A stretch of DNA of 64,000 nucleotides from Candidatus Omnitrophota bacterium (GTDB taxonomy: Bacteria; Omnitrophota; Gorgyraeia; Zapsychrales; Fredricksoniimonadaceae): contig JAUSEK010000001.1 of assembly GCA_030650275.1 (NCBI GenBank), positions 101-64,100 of the forward strand, written 5' to 3'. The position numbers and the translations under genes were made by a program. Shown here piece by piece: positions 30,013 to 40,207 of the stretch (position 1 is the stretch's first letter; the number at the start of each line of letters is the position of its first letter). The notes beneath the pieces were generated by a model. That model ran no database searches, was not told the origin of the DNA, and saw only the letters and a program-made list of their open reading frames with translations.

Positions 30013-30804
30013 TTAACCGCCCTGAAGGCGCCTCAACCACATGGCATTGAGATCTTCCAAACTCTTGATGTGTACATACGTTTGACGCAAGGCATCTTCA
30101 AAACGCGTGTTCTTCTTGAGTTCCCGGCAAAGTTTGTAAAAATGCTGCTCGTCAAATTCAGTGATCAGGAAATACACGGCGCTGGCCGCCTCGGCATAAA
30201 AAAGCTGGACGGTATTTTCATCCGTATCTCTATATAATCGCATATCCGCCAATCCAGTTAAAGGAATAAATTGACCTTTTTCAATGGCTTGGCGCACAGC
30301 GCGGTCAGAACCGAAACGTTTGGCCTTTTCCTGGTACATGGCCACCCCCTCCTCAAACCACAAAGGGACATCCGCGGACATGCCGACGAATTCGCGGAAG
30401 ATGATATGCCCCAGCTCGTGGGGGAGCATGGAATCAAAAAACCCTTGCGCCGACGGGTAGGTCTTGATCACCTTTGCCTCCGCCAGGGCCGTTCCGTGGG
30501 ACCAGCCGGCCTGTCCGCCGTTTAGGACATAATCCTCTTCGTCGCGGTAAATGTAAATGACCGCGCGTTTGTCCCACGACCAGCTCTGATAACGGCTGAT
30601 CCCTAAATTGGCGGTGACCCTCCTGAAGTCCTCCTCCGCGGACGCCATCACGGTGTCCACGAAATCCTGCGGCACGTCCCTGTCATAGATGATGAAATTC
30701 TGCCCCTTTTGCTCTTCCCATTTCTGCGAAGACGGCGCGGCAAAAACATCCGACGTCAAAAACATACACAGAACGGTCAGTCCTACGCGGCCAACGACGT
30801 TCAT
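30013..30804 (-). CDS. Secreted gluzincin-type zinc peptidase (peptidase MA-like)
   Basis: Signal peptide; PHELGH plus downstream PLWFEEGVA third-ligand motif; FYAEA. Confidence 0.85.
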   Translation of the reverse strand: MNVVGRVGLTVLCMFLTSDVFAAPSSQKWEEQKGQNFIIYDRDVPQDFVDTVMASAEEDFRRVTANLGISRYQSWSWDKRAVIYIYRDEEDYVLNGGQAGWSHGTALAEAKVIKTYPSAQGFFDSMLPHELGHIIFREFVGMSADVPLWFEEGVAMYQEKAKRFGSDRAVRQAIEKGQFIPLTGLADMRLYRDTDENTVQLFYAEAASAVYFLITEFDEQHFYKLCRELKKNTRFEDALRQTYVHIKSLEDLNAMWLRRLQGG

Positions 30805-31856
30805 AATTCCTCCAGGGCTTGGACCAAACGCTGCGGGGCGTCAGGCACAAAAATATTTTGGGTCCTGGCGCGCACGCCGATCGGCTGTGCGAGCATCTTC
30901 TCAACGGCCTGTTTCAACAATTCCGCAGTGCAATCTTTTTCTTCCAGCAAAACAGCCGCGCCAACGTCCGATAATACAGCCGCGTTATATTTTTGATGGC
31001 CGCCGGCAAAAGGATAAGGCACCAGGACCGACGGGAGCGCGAACGCCGCCAATTCACACACCGTGGCGGCGCCGGCGCGGGCAATGACCATGTCGGCAGC
31101 GGCATAGGCCTCCTCAACGGGGCTTAAAAAAGCGTAGGCCTTAACGCGAAGACCGGCCTTGCGGTATTTTGCGGCGTAAACAGGATGGTCATGCCTGCCG
31201 GTCATATGGATGGCCTGGACCTTTGTCCCCAGCAATACCAGCATTTCAAAAACCAGGGCATTCAAACGCTGACTCCCCTGGCTCCCTCCCAAAATTAAAA
31301 TGACGGGACCGGCAGGGTCAAGGCCGAATTTAAGGCGTAATACTTCTTTTGGAACGAATGGGGCGTTCTGATGGCAGGGGCATCCGGTATGGACCGTTTT
31401 AGAAGCGCTGAAATACCATTTGCTGACGGAAAAAGTGACGGCGATGCGTTTGGCCATCAACGCCATCACGCGATTGGCTTTTCCCGGCACAACGTTCTGT
31501 TCGTGGATCATGAGCGGGATCCGCTCGGCCCATGCCGCGGCCGCGACGGGAAAAGACCCGTAGCCGCCAAAGCCCAGGACCTTGTCCGGACGGATGTCCC
31601 TGACGATCCGCCGGGCACGGCCAAAGGCCTTGGCCGTCCCCGCCATCCACGCGGCCAACCCCCAGGGCGTGCGCGCGCTCAAACCCGCGGCGTCAATGCG
31701 ATGACAAACGAAGCCCTCGTCTTTGATCTTTGCCTCCCCCGCCGCCAAAGCGCCGGCAAAGACCACCTCATGCCCGCGCGCTCTCAAAACCAATGCGGTG
31801 CACAGGGCAGGGAACATATGCCCGCCGCTGCCGCCGGTCGCCAGTAATATTCTCAC
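30801..31856 (-). CDS. murG: MurG glycosyltransferase
   Basis: GGSGGHMFP, GFGGY, HEQNVVPGKAN, GGSQGS, RAGAAT, HQKYNA. Confidence 0.97.
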   Translation of the reverse strand: MRILLATGGSGGHMFPALCTALVLRARGHEVVFAGALAAGEAKIKDEGFVCHRIDAAGLSARTPWGLAAWMAGTAKAFGRARRIVRDIRPDKVLGFGGYGSFPVAAAAWAERIPLMIHEQNVVPGKANRVMALMAKRIAVTFSVSKWYFSASKTVHTGCPCHQNAPFVPKEVLRLKFGLDPAGPVILILGGSQGSQRLNALVFEMLVLLGTKVQAIHMTGRHDHPVYAAKYRKAGLRVKAYAFLSPVEEAYAAADMVIARAGAATVCELAAFALPSVLVPYPFAGGHQKYNAAVLSDVGAAVLLEEKDCTAELLKQAVEKMLAQPIGVRARTQNIFVPDAPQRLVQALEEL

Positions 31857-32947
31857 GATCGGTACTCCTGGACCTTGGAAATGTTCAATAAAATGCCTAT
31901 GGCCGCCAGATGAAAGATCAGCGCCGACCCGCCGTAACTGATAAAGGGCAGCGGCAAACCCTTGGTCGGGAACGCGCCGATGCTCACCCCCGCGTTGACC
32001 ACCGCCTGCAGGCCCAGCATCATGACGATGCCGGTGCCCAGGAAAAACCCGAAAGGATCATCGGCCTGACGGATGATCCGGGTGCCCAGCCAGATGAAAA
32101 CCGCGAAAAGGATGATGACCGCCAGCGTCCCGATCAATCCCAATTCCTCGCCGATAATGGAGAGGATGAAATCCGTATGCGCCGCCGGCAGGTAAAATAA
32201 TTTCTGCTGGCTGTGGCCCAGGCCCACGCCGAAAACACCGCCGGAACCCAGCGCGATCTGGGATTGCGTCAGCTGGAACCCGATGCCCTGGCTGTCCTGC
32301 CAGGGGTCCAAAAACGCGCTGATGCGCGCCATGCGGTAAGGCGCCTTGATGATCAGATACACGAGCACCGGGACGCTTAAAAAAGCGACCAGCCCCAAAT
32401 GCCATAATCTCGCGCCGGCGATCAAAAGCATGCCCAGCATGACCACCGCGATCTCGACCGTGGTCCCCAGGTCCGGCTGTTTGACGGTCAGGACGCAAAC
32501 AAGGCCCATGACCAGAATGGGCGGCACGAACCCTTTCCAAAAACTTTTGATGATCATCTGTTTGCGGCTTAAGAAATCAGCGGTGTAGACGATGACGGCC
32601 AGTTTGGCCAATTCCGAGGGCTGAAAGTTGAACATGCCGATCCTAAACCAGCGCCGGGCTCCGTAACTTTCCTTGCCGATGTACGGGATGAGGACCAGCA
32701 CCAAAAGGACGATGCTCAACAGCAAAATGCGGCCGGCATACGGCTGGATGAGCCGGTAATCCACGGCCATCGCGGCCAGGCACATGCTCAAACCGATGAA
32801 CAAAAACAACAGGTGGCGTTTCAGGTAATACAAACTGTCGTGATTGGTCTGCATGGCGTTCACACAGCTGGCGCTGTAGATCATGACAATGCCGATGCAG
32901 ACAAGGGCCAGCACAACCATGGTCAGCGATGTCCTTGTTTCACGCAT
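31853..32947 (-). CDS. ftsW: Peptidoglycan polymerase FtsW
   Basis: GARRW, FQPSELAK, QPDLGT, LPAAHTDFI, PFISYGGS. Confidence 0.97.
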   Translation of the reverse strand: MRETRTSLTMVVLALVCIGIVMIYSASCVNAMQTNHDSLYYLKRHLLFLFIGLSMCLAAMAVDYRLIQPYAGRILLLSIVLLVLVLIPYIGKESYGARRWFRIGMFNFQPSELAKLAVIVYTADFLSRKQMIIKSFWKGFVPPILVMGLVCVLTVKQPDLGTTVEIAVVMLGMLLIAGARLWHLGLVAFLSVPVLVYLIIKAPYRMARISAFLDPWQDSQGIGFQLTQSQIALGSGGVFGVGLGHSQQKLFYLPAAHTDFILSIIGEELGLIGTLAVIILFAVFIWLGTRIIRQADDPFGFFLGTGIVMMLGLQAVVNAGVSIGAFPTKGLPLPFISYGGSALIFHLAAIGILLNISKVQEYRS

Positions 32948-32955
32948 ATCTTACG

Positions 32956-33027
32956 GAATTATAGGGACACAATACTTAATTCAACCATGAATAAACACAG
33001 GAATTAAGTTTTGTGTCCCCATAATTC
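32956..33027. repeat. 72-bp MITE/REPIN-like element with 27-bp inverted arms
   Basis: gaattatagggacacaatacttaattc -18 nt- gaattaagttttgtgtccccataattc, 2 mismatches. Confidence 0.85.
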
Positions 33028-34297
33028 ATACCAATTGATTAACAATTTCCTTAAACATCCGCCCGCGGTGCTCGTAGTCGTTGAACATGTCAAAACTGGC
33101 GCACATGGGTGATAAAACCACGCAATCTCCGGTCTTGGCCGCGCGCCGGGCTGTTTCAACCGCTTCGGGCAAGGACCCGCAAACTTCAACGGGAACGACA
33201 TCGGCAAATGTGGCGCGCAATAGTTCTTTGGTCTGCCCGATGACGACCATTTTTTTGACCCTGGCCTTGACGATATCCTTTAACAAAGAAAAATCCAGGT
33301 GTTTATCGCTGCCCCCGCAGATCATGACCATGGGTTTTTTCAAATGCGTCAGGGCCCAGCGGCCCGCTTCCGGTGTCGTGGACTTAGAATCATTGATGTA
33401 ATCCACCCCGTCCAAAGCGCGCACCCATTCCTGGCGATGTTCAACCCCTTTGAATTCCGCGAAAACCTTCCGGGAGATCTCATCGGCAATACCCAGGGCC
33501 CGCGCCGCAGCCAACGCCGCCAAATGATTGGGGTTGTTGATATCCTTGGGCGCGACGGAATCGTTAAAAAACACAACATGGCTTTTTAAATGCCCCGCCA
33601 TCTCCCTCAGTTCGGGCTGATCACCCAGGATCGCCGCATCATTCTCGTCCTGATCGGCAAAAAGTTTTGCCTTGGCGTCAAAATACTCCTGCGGGTCCTT
33701 GTGCCGGTCCAGATGGTTCCGGCTGAAATTCAGCCACACCCCGACGTGCGGTTTAAAATGTATGGTGGATTCCAATTGAAAAGAACTGATCTCCAAAACC
33801 ACGGTATCCGACGGCTGCAGGTCCAGCACATGTTTGGAAAAAGGACTGCCGATATTGCCGCACAAACACACCCCGCGGCCAGCGGCCTTAAGAATGGCGG
33901 CGATCAGGGTGGATGTCGTGGTCTTGCCGTTACTGCCGGTCACCGCGATGATGGGGCACGGGCATAAACGGAACGCGAACTCAATTTCCCCCATCACCTC
34001 AACGCCCGCCGCCTGCGCCCAGCCAACGGCTTCAATGTCCCGGCGCACCCCCGGGCTTAAAACGATATAGTCGCTGTTTGCGATAAAGACCCTGGTATGC
34101 CCGCCGCATTCGATCTGGACCTGTTGCGGACTGGTCAGGCCGGACAATTCTTTTTCAACCGAGGCGCGGGGCTTGAACTCTGATATTTTTGCCGCCCCTC
34201 CCAGGCGCACGACGGCATTGGCCACGGCGATGCCGCTGCGGGCGGCCCCGATGACCGTCACTCTTTTGCCTTTGACGTTAAAAGCGGATAGGGTCAT
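33026..34297 (-). CDS. murD: UDP-MurNAc-L-Ala--D-glutamate ligase
   Basis: TGSNGKTTT, EISSFQL, HLDRH, NDSKST, LSPMCASFD. Confidence 0.97.
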   Translation of the reverse strand: MTLSAFNVKGKRVTVIGAARSGIAVANAVVRLGGAAKISEFKPRASVEKELSGLTSPQQVQIECGGHTRVFIANSDYIVLSPGVRRDIEAVGWAQAAGVEVMGEIEFAFRLCPCPIIAVTGSNGKTTTSTLIAAILKAAGRGVCLCGNIGSPFSKHVLDLQPSDTVVLEISSFQLESTIHFKPHVGVWLNFSRNHLDRHKDPQEYFDAKAKLFADQDENDAAILGDQPELREMAGHLKSHVVFFNDSVAPKDINNPNHLAALAAARALGIADEISRKVFAEFKGVEHRQEWVRALDGVDYINDSKSTTPEAGRWALTHLKKPMVMICGGSDKHLDFSLLKDIVKARVKKMVVIGQTKELLRATFADVVPVEVCGSLPEAVETARRAAKTGDCVVLSPMCASFDMFNDYEHRGRMFKEIVNQLV

Positions 34298-35385
34298 CTG
34301 ATCTTAAGCGTGGTCAGTGTCAGTATGGCCAAAATGATGGCGCAGATCCAAAAGCGCACGATGATCTTGTTCTCGTTCCATCCGGACAATTGCAAATGAT
34401 GATGAAAGGGGGACATTTTGAACAGGCGTTTGCCTGTCAATTTGAACGAGGCCACCTGCAGGATGACCGAGACCGCTTCCACCACGAACACGCCGCCCAG
34501 GACCACAAGCCAGACCTCCTTTTTAATGAGGATGGCGATCACCCCCAAACAGCCGCCCAGGGGCAAAGACCCCACATCGCCCATGAAGACGCTGGCCGGA
34601 TGGCAATTGAACCACAAAAATCCCAGACTTGCCCCGACGATGGCAGCACAAAAGACCGTGAGTTCACCGGCGCCCGGCACATGCGGGATGAGCAAATATT
34701 CGCTCATCTGGAAATTGCCCGTGACATAACTGAGCGCGCCCAGCGTAAAGGCCACCATCAGCGTGCACCCGATGGCCAGGCCGTCCAGCCCGTCGGTGAG
34801 ATTGACCGCGTTGGAAGCGCCGACAATGACGAGCACGACCCAAAACACAAAAAACGCGCCCAAATTAATGATCAGGTTCTTAAAGAACGGCACGTCCAGA
34901 AATGAAGAGGTCGCCGGATGCAAATAGAGATACACGCCGACAGCGGCGGCCAGTAACGCCTGCCCCAGCAATTTGGCGCGCGCGCTCATGCCGCGGCCCT
35001 TGGCCGGAACACCGGCCAATTTCATCGCATCATCAAGGCCGCCGATCACGGCCAGGCACAAACAGACAAAAGCGGTGAGCAAAATGAACGGATTGGTCAG
35101 GTTCCCCCACAACAGCACGGAGGCAAGGATGCTGCCGACGATGAACACCCCTCCCATGGTCGGGGTCCCTTCTTTCTTTTCCTGGAATTGGTCCAGGGCC
35201 GGGGCGTCATTGCGTTTGGCGATCTCGCGGATGCGTCTGTCTTTAAAAGAACGGATGAACAGGGGACCAAAAATGATGCACAGCAAAAAAGCCGTCACCC
35301 CTGCCATGCCTGTGCGGAAGGTGATGTAACGGAAAATATTAAAGGCCCCGGACAGGTGGATGAGATCCGACAAGAAATAAAACAT
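34294..35385 (-). CDS. mraY: Phospho-MurNAc-pentapeptide transferase
   Basis: KEGTPTMGG, NAVNLTDGLDGL, FMGDVGSL, PFHHH. Confidence 0.97.
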   Translation of the reverse strand: MFYFLSDLIHLSGAFNIFRYITFRTGMAGVTAFLLCIIFGPLFIRSFKDRRIREIAKRNDAPALDQFQEKKEGTPTMGGVFIVGSILASVLLWGNLTNPFILLTAFVCLCLAVIGGLDDAMKLAGVPAKGRGMSARAKLLGQALLAAAVGVYLYLHPATSSFLDVPFFKNLIINLGAFFVFWVVLVIVGASNAVNLTDGLDGLAIGCTLMVAFTLGALSYVTGNFQMSEYLLIPHVPGAGELTVFCAAIVGASLGFLWFNCHPASVFMGDVGSLPLGGCLGVIAILIKKEVWLVVLGGVFVVEAVSVILQVASFKLTGKRLFKMSPFHHHLQLSGWNENKIIVRFWICAIILAILTLTTLKIR

Positions 35386-35388
35386 GCA

Positions 35389-36750
35389 CTATCCTTTCAA
35401 CAAAGACCGGACGACTCCCTCCATTTTCATCCGGCGCGACCCCTTGACCAAAACAGCATCCCCATCGGCGAGGACCTTCCTTAATTTCGTCCCGGCGTCC
35501 TGAACGTCGTCGTAAGAAAAAACAGACATGTCCGGACGGACCGCGAGCGCGCCGCGGGCGATGTTCCGGGCCAACGGACCGACGGTGATCAGGACGTCAA
35601 TACCGGCCTGCGCCGTCCTCTTGCCCGCGCTGCGGTGATAGGCGGCCGACCTTGTTCCCAATTCCAGCATGTCCGCCGCGACCAGGATCTTTTTGCCTCG
35701 GCCTTTCAAAGCGGACAACGTTTCAATGGCGCCGGCCATGGACACCGGGTTGGCATTATACGAATCATCGATCAGCCACCCCTTGCCCAAACGGATGAAT
35801 TCCTGCCGGCCTTTGGGAAAATGAAAAGCGCTCAAGGCCTTTGCCGCCGCGCGCGCTGCGACGCCCAATAAACGTCCGCAGGCAAAAGCTGCCAATGCAT
35901 TATACGCATTATTACGCCCGCAGGAACGCAGTTCAATTGTTTTTCCTTCTAAGATCAGGCGCAGGCGGCATCCTCTGACAACGCCGACATCTTTTGCCTG
36001 AAAACGCGCCTTGCCGTCAACGGCATAGGTGATCACGTTCAATCTTTTTTCCCGCGCGCACCGCGCTGCCAGCAAAGGATCATCCGCATTCAACACGATC
36101 TTACCCATGCGGGGCATGAACGATGTCATTTGCCATTTTTCCCTCAACACACCGTTGATGTCCTTGAGCCCTTCGAAGTGAGAGACGCCGATATTCGTAA
36201 AAACCGCGATATCCGGACGGACCATTTGCGCCAGCCACGGGATGTCCCCGGGCTGATTGGTGGCGCATTCCAGCACAGCCGCCTGATGGGATTTTTTAAG
36301 TTTCAGCAAGGTCATGGGCACGCCGATATGATTATTCTGCGTGCCCTCATTCTTAAGGACCGTATAGTTACGGCGCAGGACAGCGGCGATCATTTCCTTG
36401 GTCGTGGTCTTGCCCGCACTACCAGTAATGGCGAGAACCGGGATCTTAAAACGCATCCGGTGAAAACGCGCCAGATGCCCCAAAGCCAGGACCGTGTCCG
36501 CAACGCGGATGACAGCGGCATTTTTATTTTTGACCGCGACCGGTTTGGCAACGAGCACAACGCGAATGCCTTTGCCGACGACGTCGCGCACGAAATCATG
36601 CCCGTCGAAGGTGTCCCCTTTGATGGCGATGAAAAGGTCGCCTTTGCGCACACTACGGGAATCAATGGACACCCCGCGCACGCTCGCGCGCGCATCACCC
36701 TGCGTCAACTTCCCTCCCGTTGCTTCTATAATTTCTCTGACGGTGAACAT
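35389..36750 (-). CDS. murF: UDP-MurNAc-tripeptide--D-Ala-D-Ala ligase
   Basis: TGSAGKTTTKE, NNHIGVP, DSYNANP, DMLELG, KGSR. Confidence 0.97.
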   Translation of the reverse strand: MFTVREIIEATGGKLTQGDARASVRGVSIDSRSVRKGDLFIAIKGDTFDGHDFVRDVVGKGIRVVLVAKPVAVKNKNAAVIRVADTVLALGHLARFHRMRFKIPVLAITGSAGKTTTKEMIAAVLRRNYTVLKNEGTQNNHIGVPMTLLKLKKSHQAAVLECATNQPGDIPWLAQMVRPDIAVFTNIGVSHFEGLKDINGVLREKWQMTSFMPRMGKIVLNADDPLLAARCAREKRLNVITYAVDGKARFQAKDVGVVRGCRLRLILEGKTIELRSCGRNNAYNALAAFACGRLLGVAARAAAKALSAFHFPKGRQEFIRLGKGWLIDDSYNANPVSMAGAIETLSALKGRGKKILVAADMLELGTRSAAYHRSAGKRTAQAGIDVLITVGPLARNIARGALAVRPDMSVFSYDDVQDAGTKLRKVLADGDAVLVKGSRRMKMEGVVRSLLKG

Positions 36751-38210
36751 TTCAAAAATTCCATCACGATCTCCCGCTCATTGAACGGGATGGTCTTGTC
36801 CTGAAATATCTGACGCTCCTCGTGTCCTTTGCCGGCGATGAGGACCAGGTCCCCGGTCCTGGCCATCTTCAGCGCCCTGCCGATGGCTTCGCGGCGGTCT
36901 ACACAGGTCTCAAAATTTGTGCGGGTGAACCCCGCGGTGATCTGGTCAATGATCACCTGCGGGTCCTCGCTGCGGGGATTATCGCTGGTCACCACCGAAT
37001 GGTCGGCGAGCAGACAGGCCACATGCCCCATCTTGGGTCTTTTGCCATGGTCACGGTCCCCGCCGCAGCCGAACACGACGATGACGCGCTTGGCCGTCAC
37101 CGCTTTTAAGGCCCGCAGCACGTTGATCAGGCCATCCTCGGTATGGGCGTAATCAATGAATACAAAAAAATCCTGACCCGCATCCACCGGCTGCAGACGG
37201 CCGGGCACATTCTTTAAACCCTCAATGCCCTTCACGATCGTTTCCACGGCAAAATCCTGCGCAAGGGCGCAGGTGAATGCGGCTAAAATATTATAAACAT
37301 TATGCCGGCCGATCATGCGGGTATGAACGGGAATTTTTCCGCCTGAAAAATGGATATCAAATTCCGTGCCGCTTAAAGCATAACGGATGTCCACGGCGCA
37401 CACATCCGCTGGCGCGTCAATGGCATAGGTCCACACCCGGGCTTGGGTCAGGGTCTTCAAACGCCGGCCGTATTCGTCGTCGGCATTGATGATGACCGCG
37501 GCCTGGGGCGATAGGCGGGAAAATAACAGGGACTTAGCCCTGAAATAATCCGCCATGTCCGCGTGATAATCCAGATGGTCCTGCGTCAGGTTGGTGAACA
37601 CCCCGACGGCAAAATCAATGCCGTCCAGACGCCCCTGGTCCAGCGCGTGCGACGAGGCCTCGATCACACAATAGGGCACGCCCTCTTGGACCAGACGCGC
37701 CAGATAGCGCTGGTTATCCAAATAGCCGGGCGTTGTGTTCTTTGACGGGAAAAACGTTGTGCCGATGCGGCTATTGATCGTGCCGACGACCCCGCATTTT
37801 TGTCCGGCGGCACGAAGGACGGACTCCAATAAATAGGTGATCGTCGTTTTGCCGTTGGTGCCGGTGATGCCGATGGTCTTGACCTGACCGCCGGGATGGC
37901 CATAAAATCTCGGCGTGACCCGGCGCAAGAATGCTTTTGTGTCCACGGTATCCAGGACGCACACGTCATCGGGAATGGTGTGATCTCCCAGCACACGCCC
38001 GGCCTGCTGTTTGACGATGGTCCGCGCGCCTTGCCTGACAGCCTCCCTGATGAAATCCGCGCCATTGACCTTGAACCCCGGCAGGGCGACAAAAAGCCCG
38101 TCGGGCATGCCTTCACGGGAGTCGCAGCTGATGCACCCTACGGGATACTGGGCGTAAGCCGGCGGAACATGGATCCCCGTCCCTTGCAATAGTTCACGCA
38201 GCAGCATCAT
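36726..38210 (-). CDS. murE: UDP-MurNAc-dipeptide--meso-DAP ligase
   Basis: TGTNGKTT, QDHLDYH, DYAHT, CGGDRD, DNPR (DAP-specific), AGKGHE. Confidence 0.97.
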   Translation of the reverse strand: MMLLRELLQGTGIHVPPAYAQYPVGCISCDSREGMPDGLFVALPGFKVNGADFIREAVRQGARTIVKQQAGRVLGDHTIPDDVCVLDTVDTKAFLRRVTPRFYGHPGGQVKTIGITGTNGKTTITYLLESVLRAAGQKCGVVGTINSRIGTTFFPSKNTTPGYLDNQRYLARLVQEGVPYCVIEASSHALDQGRLDGIDFAVGVFTNLTQDHLDYHADMADYFRAKSLLFSRLSPQAAVIINADDEYGRRLKTLTQARVWTYAIDAPADVCAVDIRYALSGTEFDIHFSGGKIPVHTRMIGRHNVYNILAAFTCALAQDFAVETIVKGIEGLKNVPGRLQPVDAGQDFFVFIDYAHTEDGLINVLRALKAVTAKRVIVVFGCGGDRDHGKRPKMGHVACLLADHSVVTSDNPRSEDPQVIIDQITAGFTRTNFETCVDRREAIGRALKMARTGDLVLIAGKGHEERQIFQDKTIPFNEREIVMEFLKCSPSEKL

Positions 38211-39895
38211 TTGGACATACCCCGGGCATTCAAATATTTAAGGGCATCGGCCACCACTTCCTGAAAGACGGGTGCTGCCACCGATCCCCCGTAATACACG
38301 GGATGTGGATCGTCAAAAACAACGACCGCGGCCAGCCGCGGATCACCCACCGGCGCGAAACCGATGAAGGTCGCGTAAAAATGCGCGTGGGAATACGCGC
38401 CGTCCACCACCTTCTGGGCTGTCCCCGTCTTTCCACCGACCGTAACGCCCGGGATCTTGGCTTTTTTCCCCGTGCCATTGTCCACGGCCCCCTGCAGGAT
38501 CGAACGCAAACGCAAGGATGTTTGCTGGGTCATGATCTTGTCCAGAATGACCGGCTTGCCTTCCTTAACGATCCGGCCCTTGGCGTCACGGACAGATCGA
38601 ACGACATAAGGACGCATATAGATCCCGTTGTTGGCGATGGCCGCGATGGCCCCGGCCAATTGCAAGGCCGTCACCGTCACCTCCTGCCCGATGGGGACAG
38701 CGCCGATGGATGTTTTGGACCACAACCGCACGGGCTTTAAATAACCCTTGGCCTCGCCGGGCAGGTCGATGCCTGTCCTCATGCCGAAACGGAAATGATG
38801 CGCGTAATTATAAACGCGCCGGGGCCCCAGCCGCTGGGCCACCTTGACGGTGCCGATATTGCTGGAACGTTCAATGACCTGCCGGAACGTCAAAAGCCCC
38901 TCCGGCTCATGGTCGTGCAAAATATGATTGGCCACGCGGTAAGTGCCGCGCTCGCAGTTGATGACATCTGTTTCCTTGACCACTTCCTCCTGCAAGGCCG
39001 CGGCGGCCGTCACGATCTTAAACACAGACCCCGGTTCATAGGTGAACACGATGGCGCGGTTGACCCTGTTTTCCGTTGGGCTCTTGCCGGGCTCTTCCAG
39101 ATTATAGGTGGGCCGGTTGGCAAATGCCAGGATTTCCCCGGTCCTGGGGTCCAGCACGATGATGCTGGCCCCCTTGGCATTGTATTTCCGGTACATGTTC
39201 TCCAGCGCCCGCTCGGCGATGAACTGGATGGTCTCATCAATGGTCAGGACCAGATCAAGCCCGTCCACAGGCGCGACATACCCTTTTTCCAGCAACAATT
39301 CCCTCTGGTGCGCGTCGCGCATAACGACCGAAGAGCCCTCCTGGCCCTTCAGATAACGGTCATAGTCGCGTTCCAGCCCCTCGAGGCCGGTATTATCCAT
39401 ACCGGCAAATCCGATCAGATGCGCGGCCAGGGTCTTGTTTGGATAAAAACGTTTGCTCTCTTTGACAAACCCTATGCCCGGCAATTTTGCCTCCTCGACG
39501 CGTTCATACACGTCCTGCGGCAGCTTGCGGACGATCCAAACAAAATATTTATCATTCTTGAGTTTCAAAAGCAAAAGGGCGGGATCCATTTTGATGATCC
39601 CCGCCAGACGCAGCATGATCGCGTCGCGGTCATGGCGCTTGTTTAGCACCCGCGCGTTGGCAAAAACTGAATAAACAGGCAGGTTAATGGCCAGGGGCCT
39701 CAAATTGCGGTCATAAATGGTCCCCCGGGTGGGCTCGAGGACGACACTGTGTTCATGCTGGCGCTGGGCAAGTCGGGCGAGGAAAGAAGAACGGAAGATC
39801 TGGATATAAAATAGGAAGACGACCGAATACAACAATCCTGCCAGCAGAACGATGAAGACAACGGCAAAACGAAGAGGATATTTACGCAGGTACAA
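38207..39895 (-). CDS. ftsI: Class B penicillin-binding protein FtsI
   Basis: RGTIYDRN, EPGSVFK, SSN, KTGTAQ. Confidence 0.95.
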   Translation of the reverse strand: MYLRKYPLRFAVVFIVLLAGLLYSVVFLFYIQIFRSSFLARLAQRQHEHSVVLEPTRGTIYDRNLRPLAINLPVYSVFANARVLNKRHDRDAIMLRLAGIIKMDPALLLLKLKNDKYFVWIVRKLPQDVYERVEEAKLPGIGFVKESKRFYPNKTLAAHLIGFAGMDNTGLEGLERDYDRYLKGQEGSSVVMRDAHQRELLLEKGYVAPVDGLDLVLTIDETIQFIAERALENMYRKYNAKGASIIVLDPRTGEILAFANRPTYNLEEPGKSPTENRVNRAIVFTYEPGSVFKIVTAAAALQEEVVKETDVINCERGTYRVANHILHDHEPEGLLTFRQVIERSSNIGTVKVAQRLGPRRVYNYAHHFRFGMRTGIDLPGEAKGYLKPVRLWSKTSIGAVPIGQEVTVTALQLAGAIAAIANNGIYMRPYVVRSVRDAKGRIVKEGKPVILDKIMTQQTSLRLRSILQGAVDNGTGKKAKIPGVTVGGKTGTAQKVVDGAYSHAHFYATFIGFAPVGDPRLAAVVVFDDPHPVYYGGSVAAPVFQEVVADALKYLNARGMSK

Positions 39896-39910
39896 TTTCT
39901 CGATCCGTCC

Positions 39911-40207
39911 TTAATGGTCCCAGGCCCTGGCCTCCCGGGCGGACAAAACCAGGGTCATCACCCGGTCCTTGCCCATGAACTGCATGTTGCTGTCTTTTTC
40001 CAGAAGCCGGTTGCCCAAATTATTGGCGGATTTTAAAGCGAGGATCTGATGGGTCAGCGCGCCGTTGGTATCTAATAACTTATGGACGCTGGTCTGTTTG
40101 TCTTTGCCTTGATACGCCAGATCCACGATCTGTGTTTGCATGTTGATATACATGAGCGCGGTCACGGTCGCGAAAGACATGATCTGTATCCATGTTTTGA
40201 GCGTCAT
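39911..40207 (-). CDS. ftsL: Probable FtsL-like protein
   Basis: Short TM plus coiled coil, located between rsmH and ftsI. Confidence 0.65.
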   Translation of the reverse strand: MTLKTWIQIMSFATVTALMYINMQTQIVDLAYQGKDKQTSVHKLLDTNGALTHQILALKSANNLGNRLLEKDSNMQFMGKDRVMTLVLSAREARAWDH

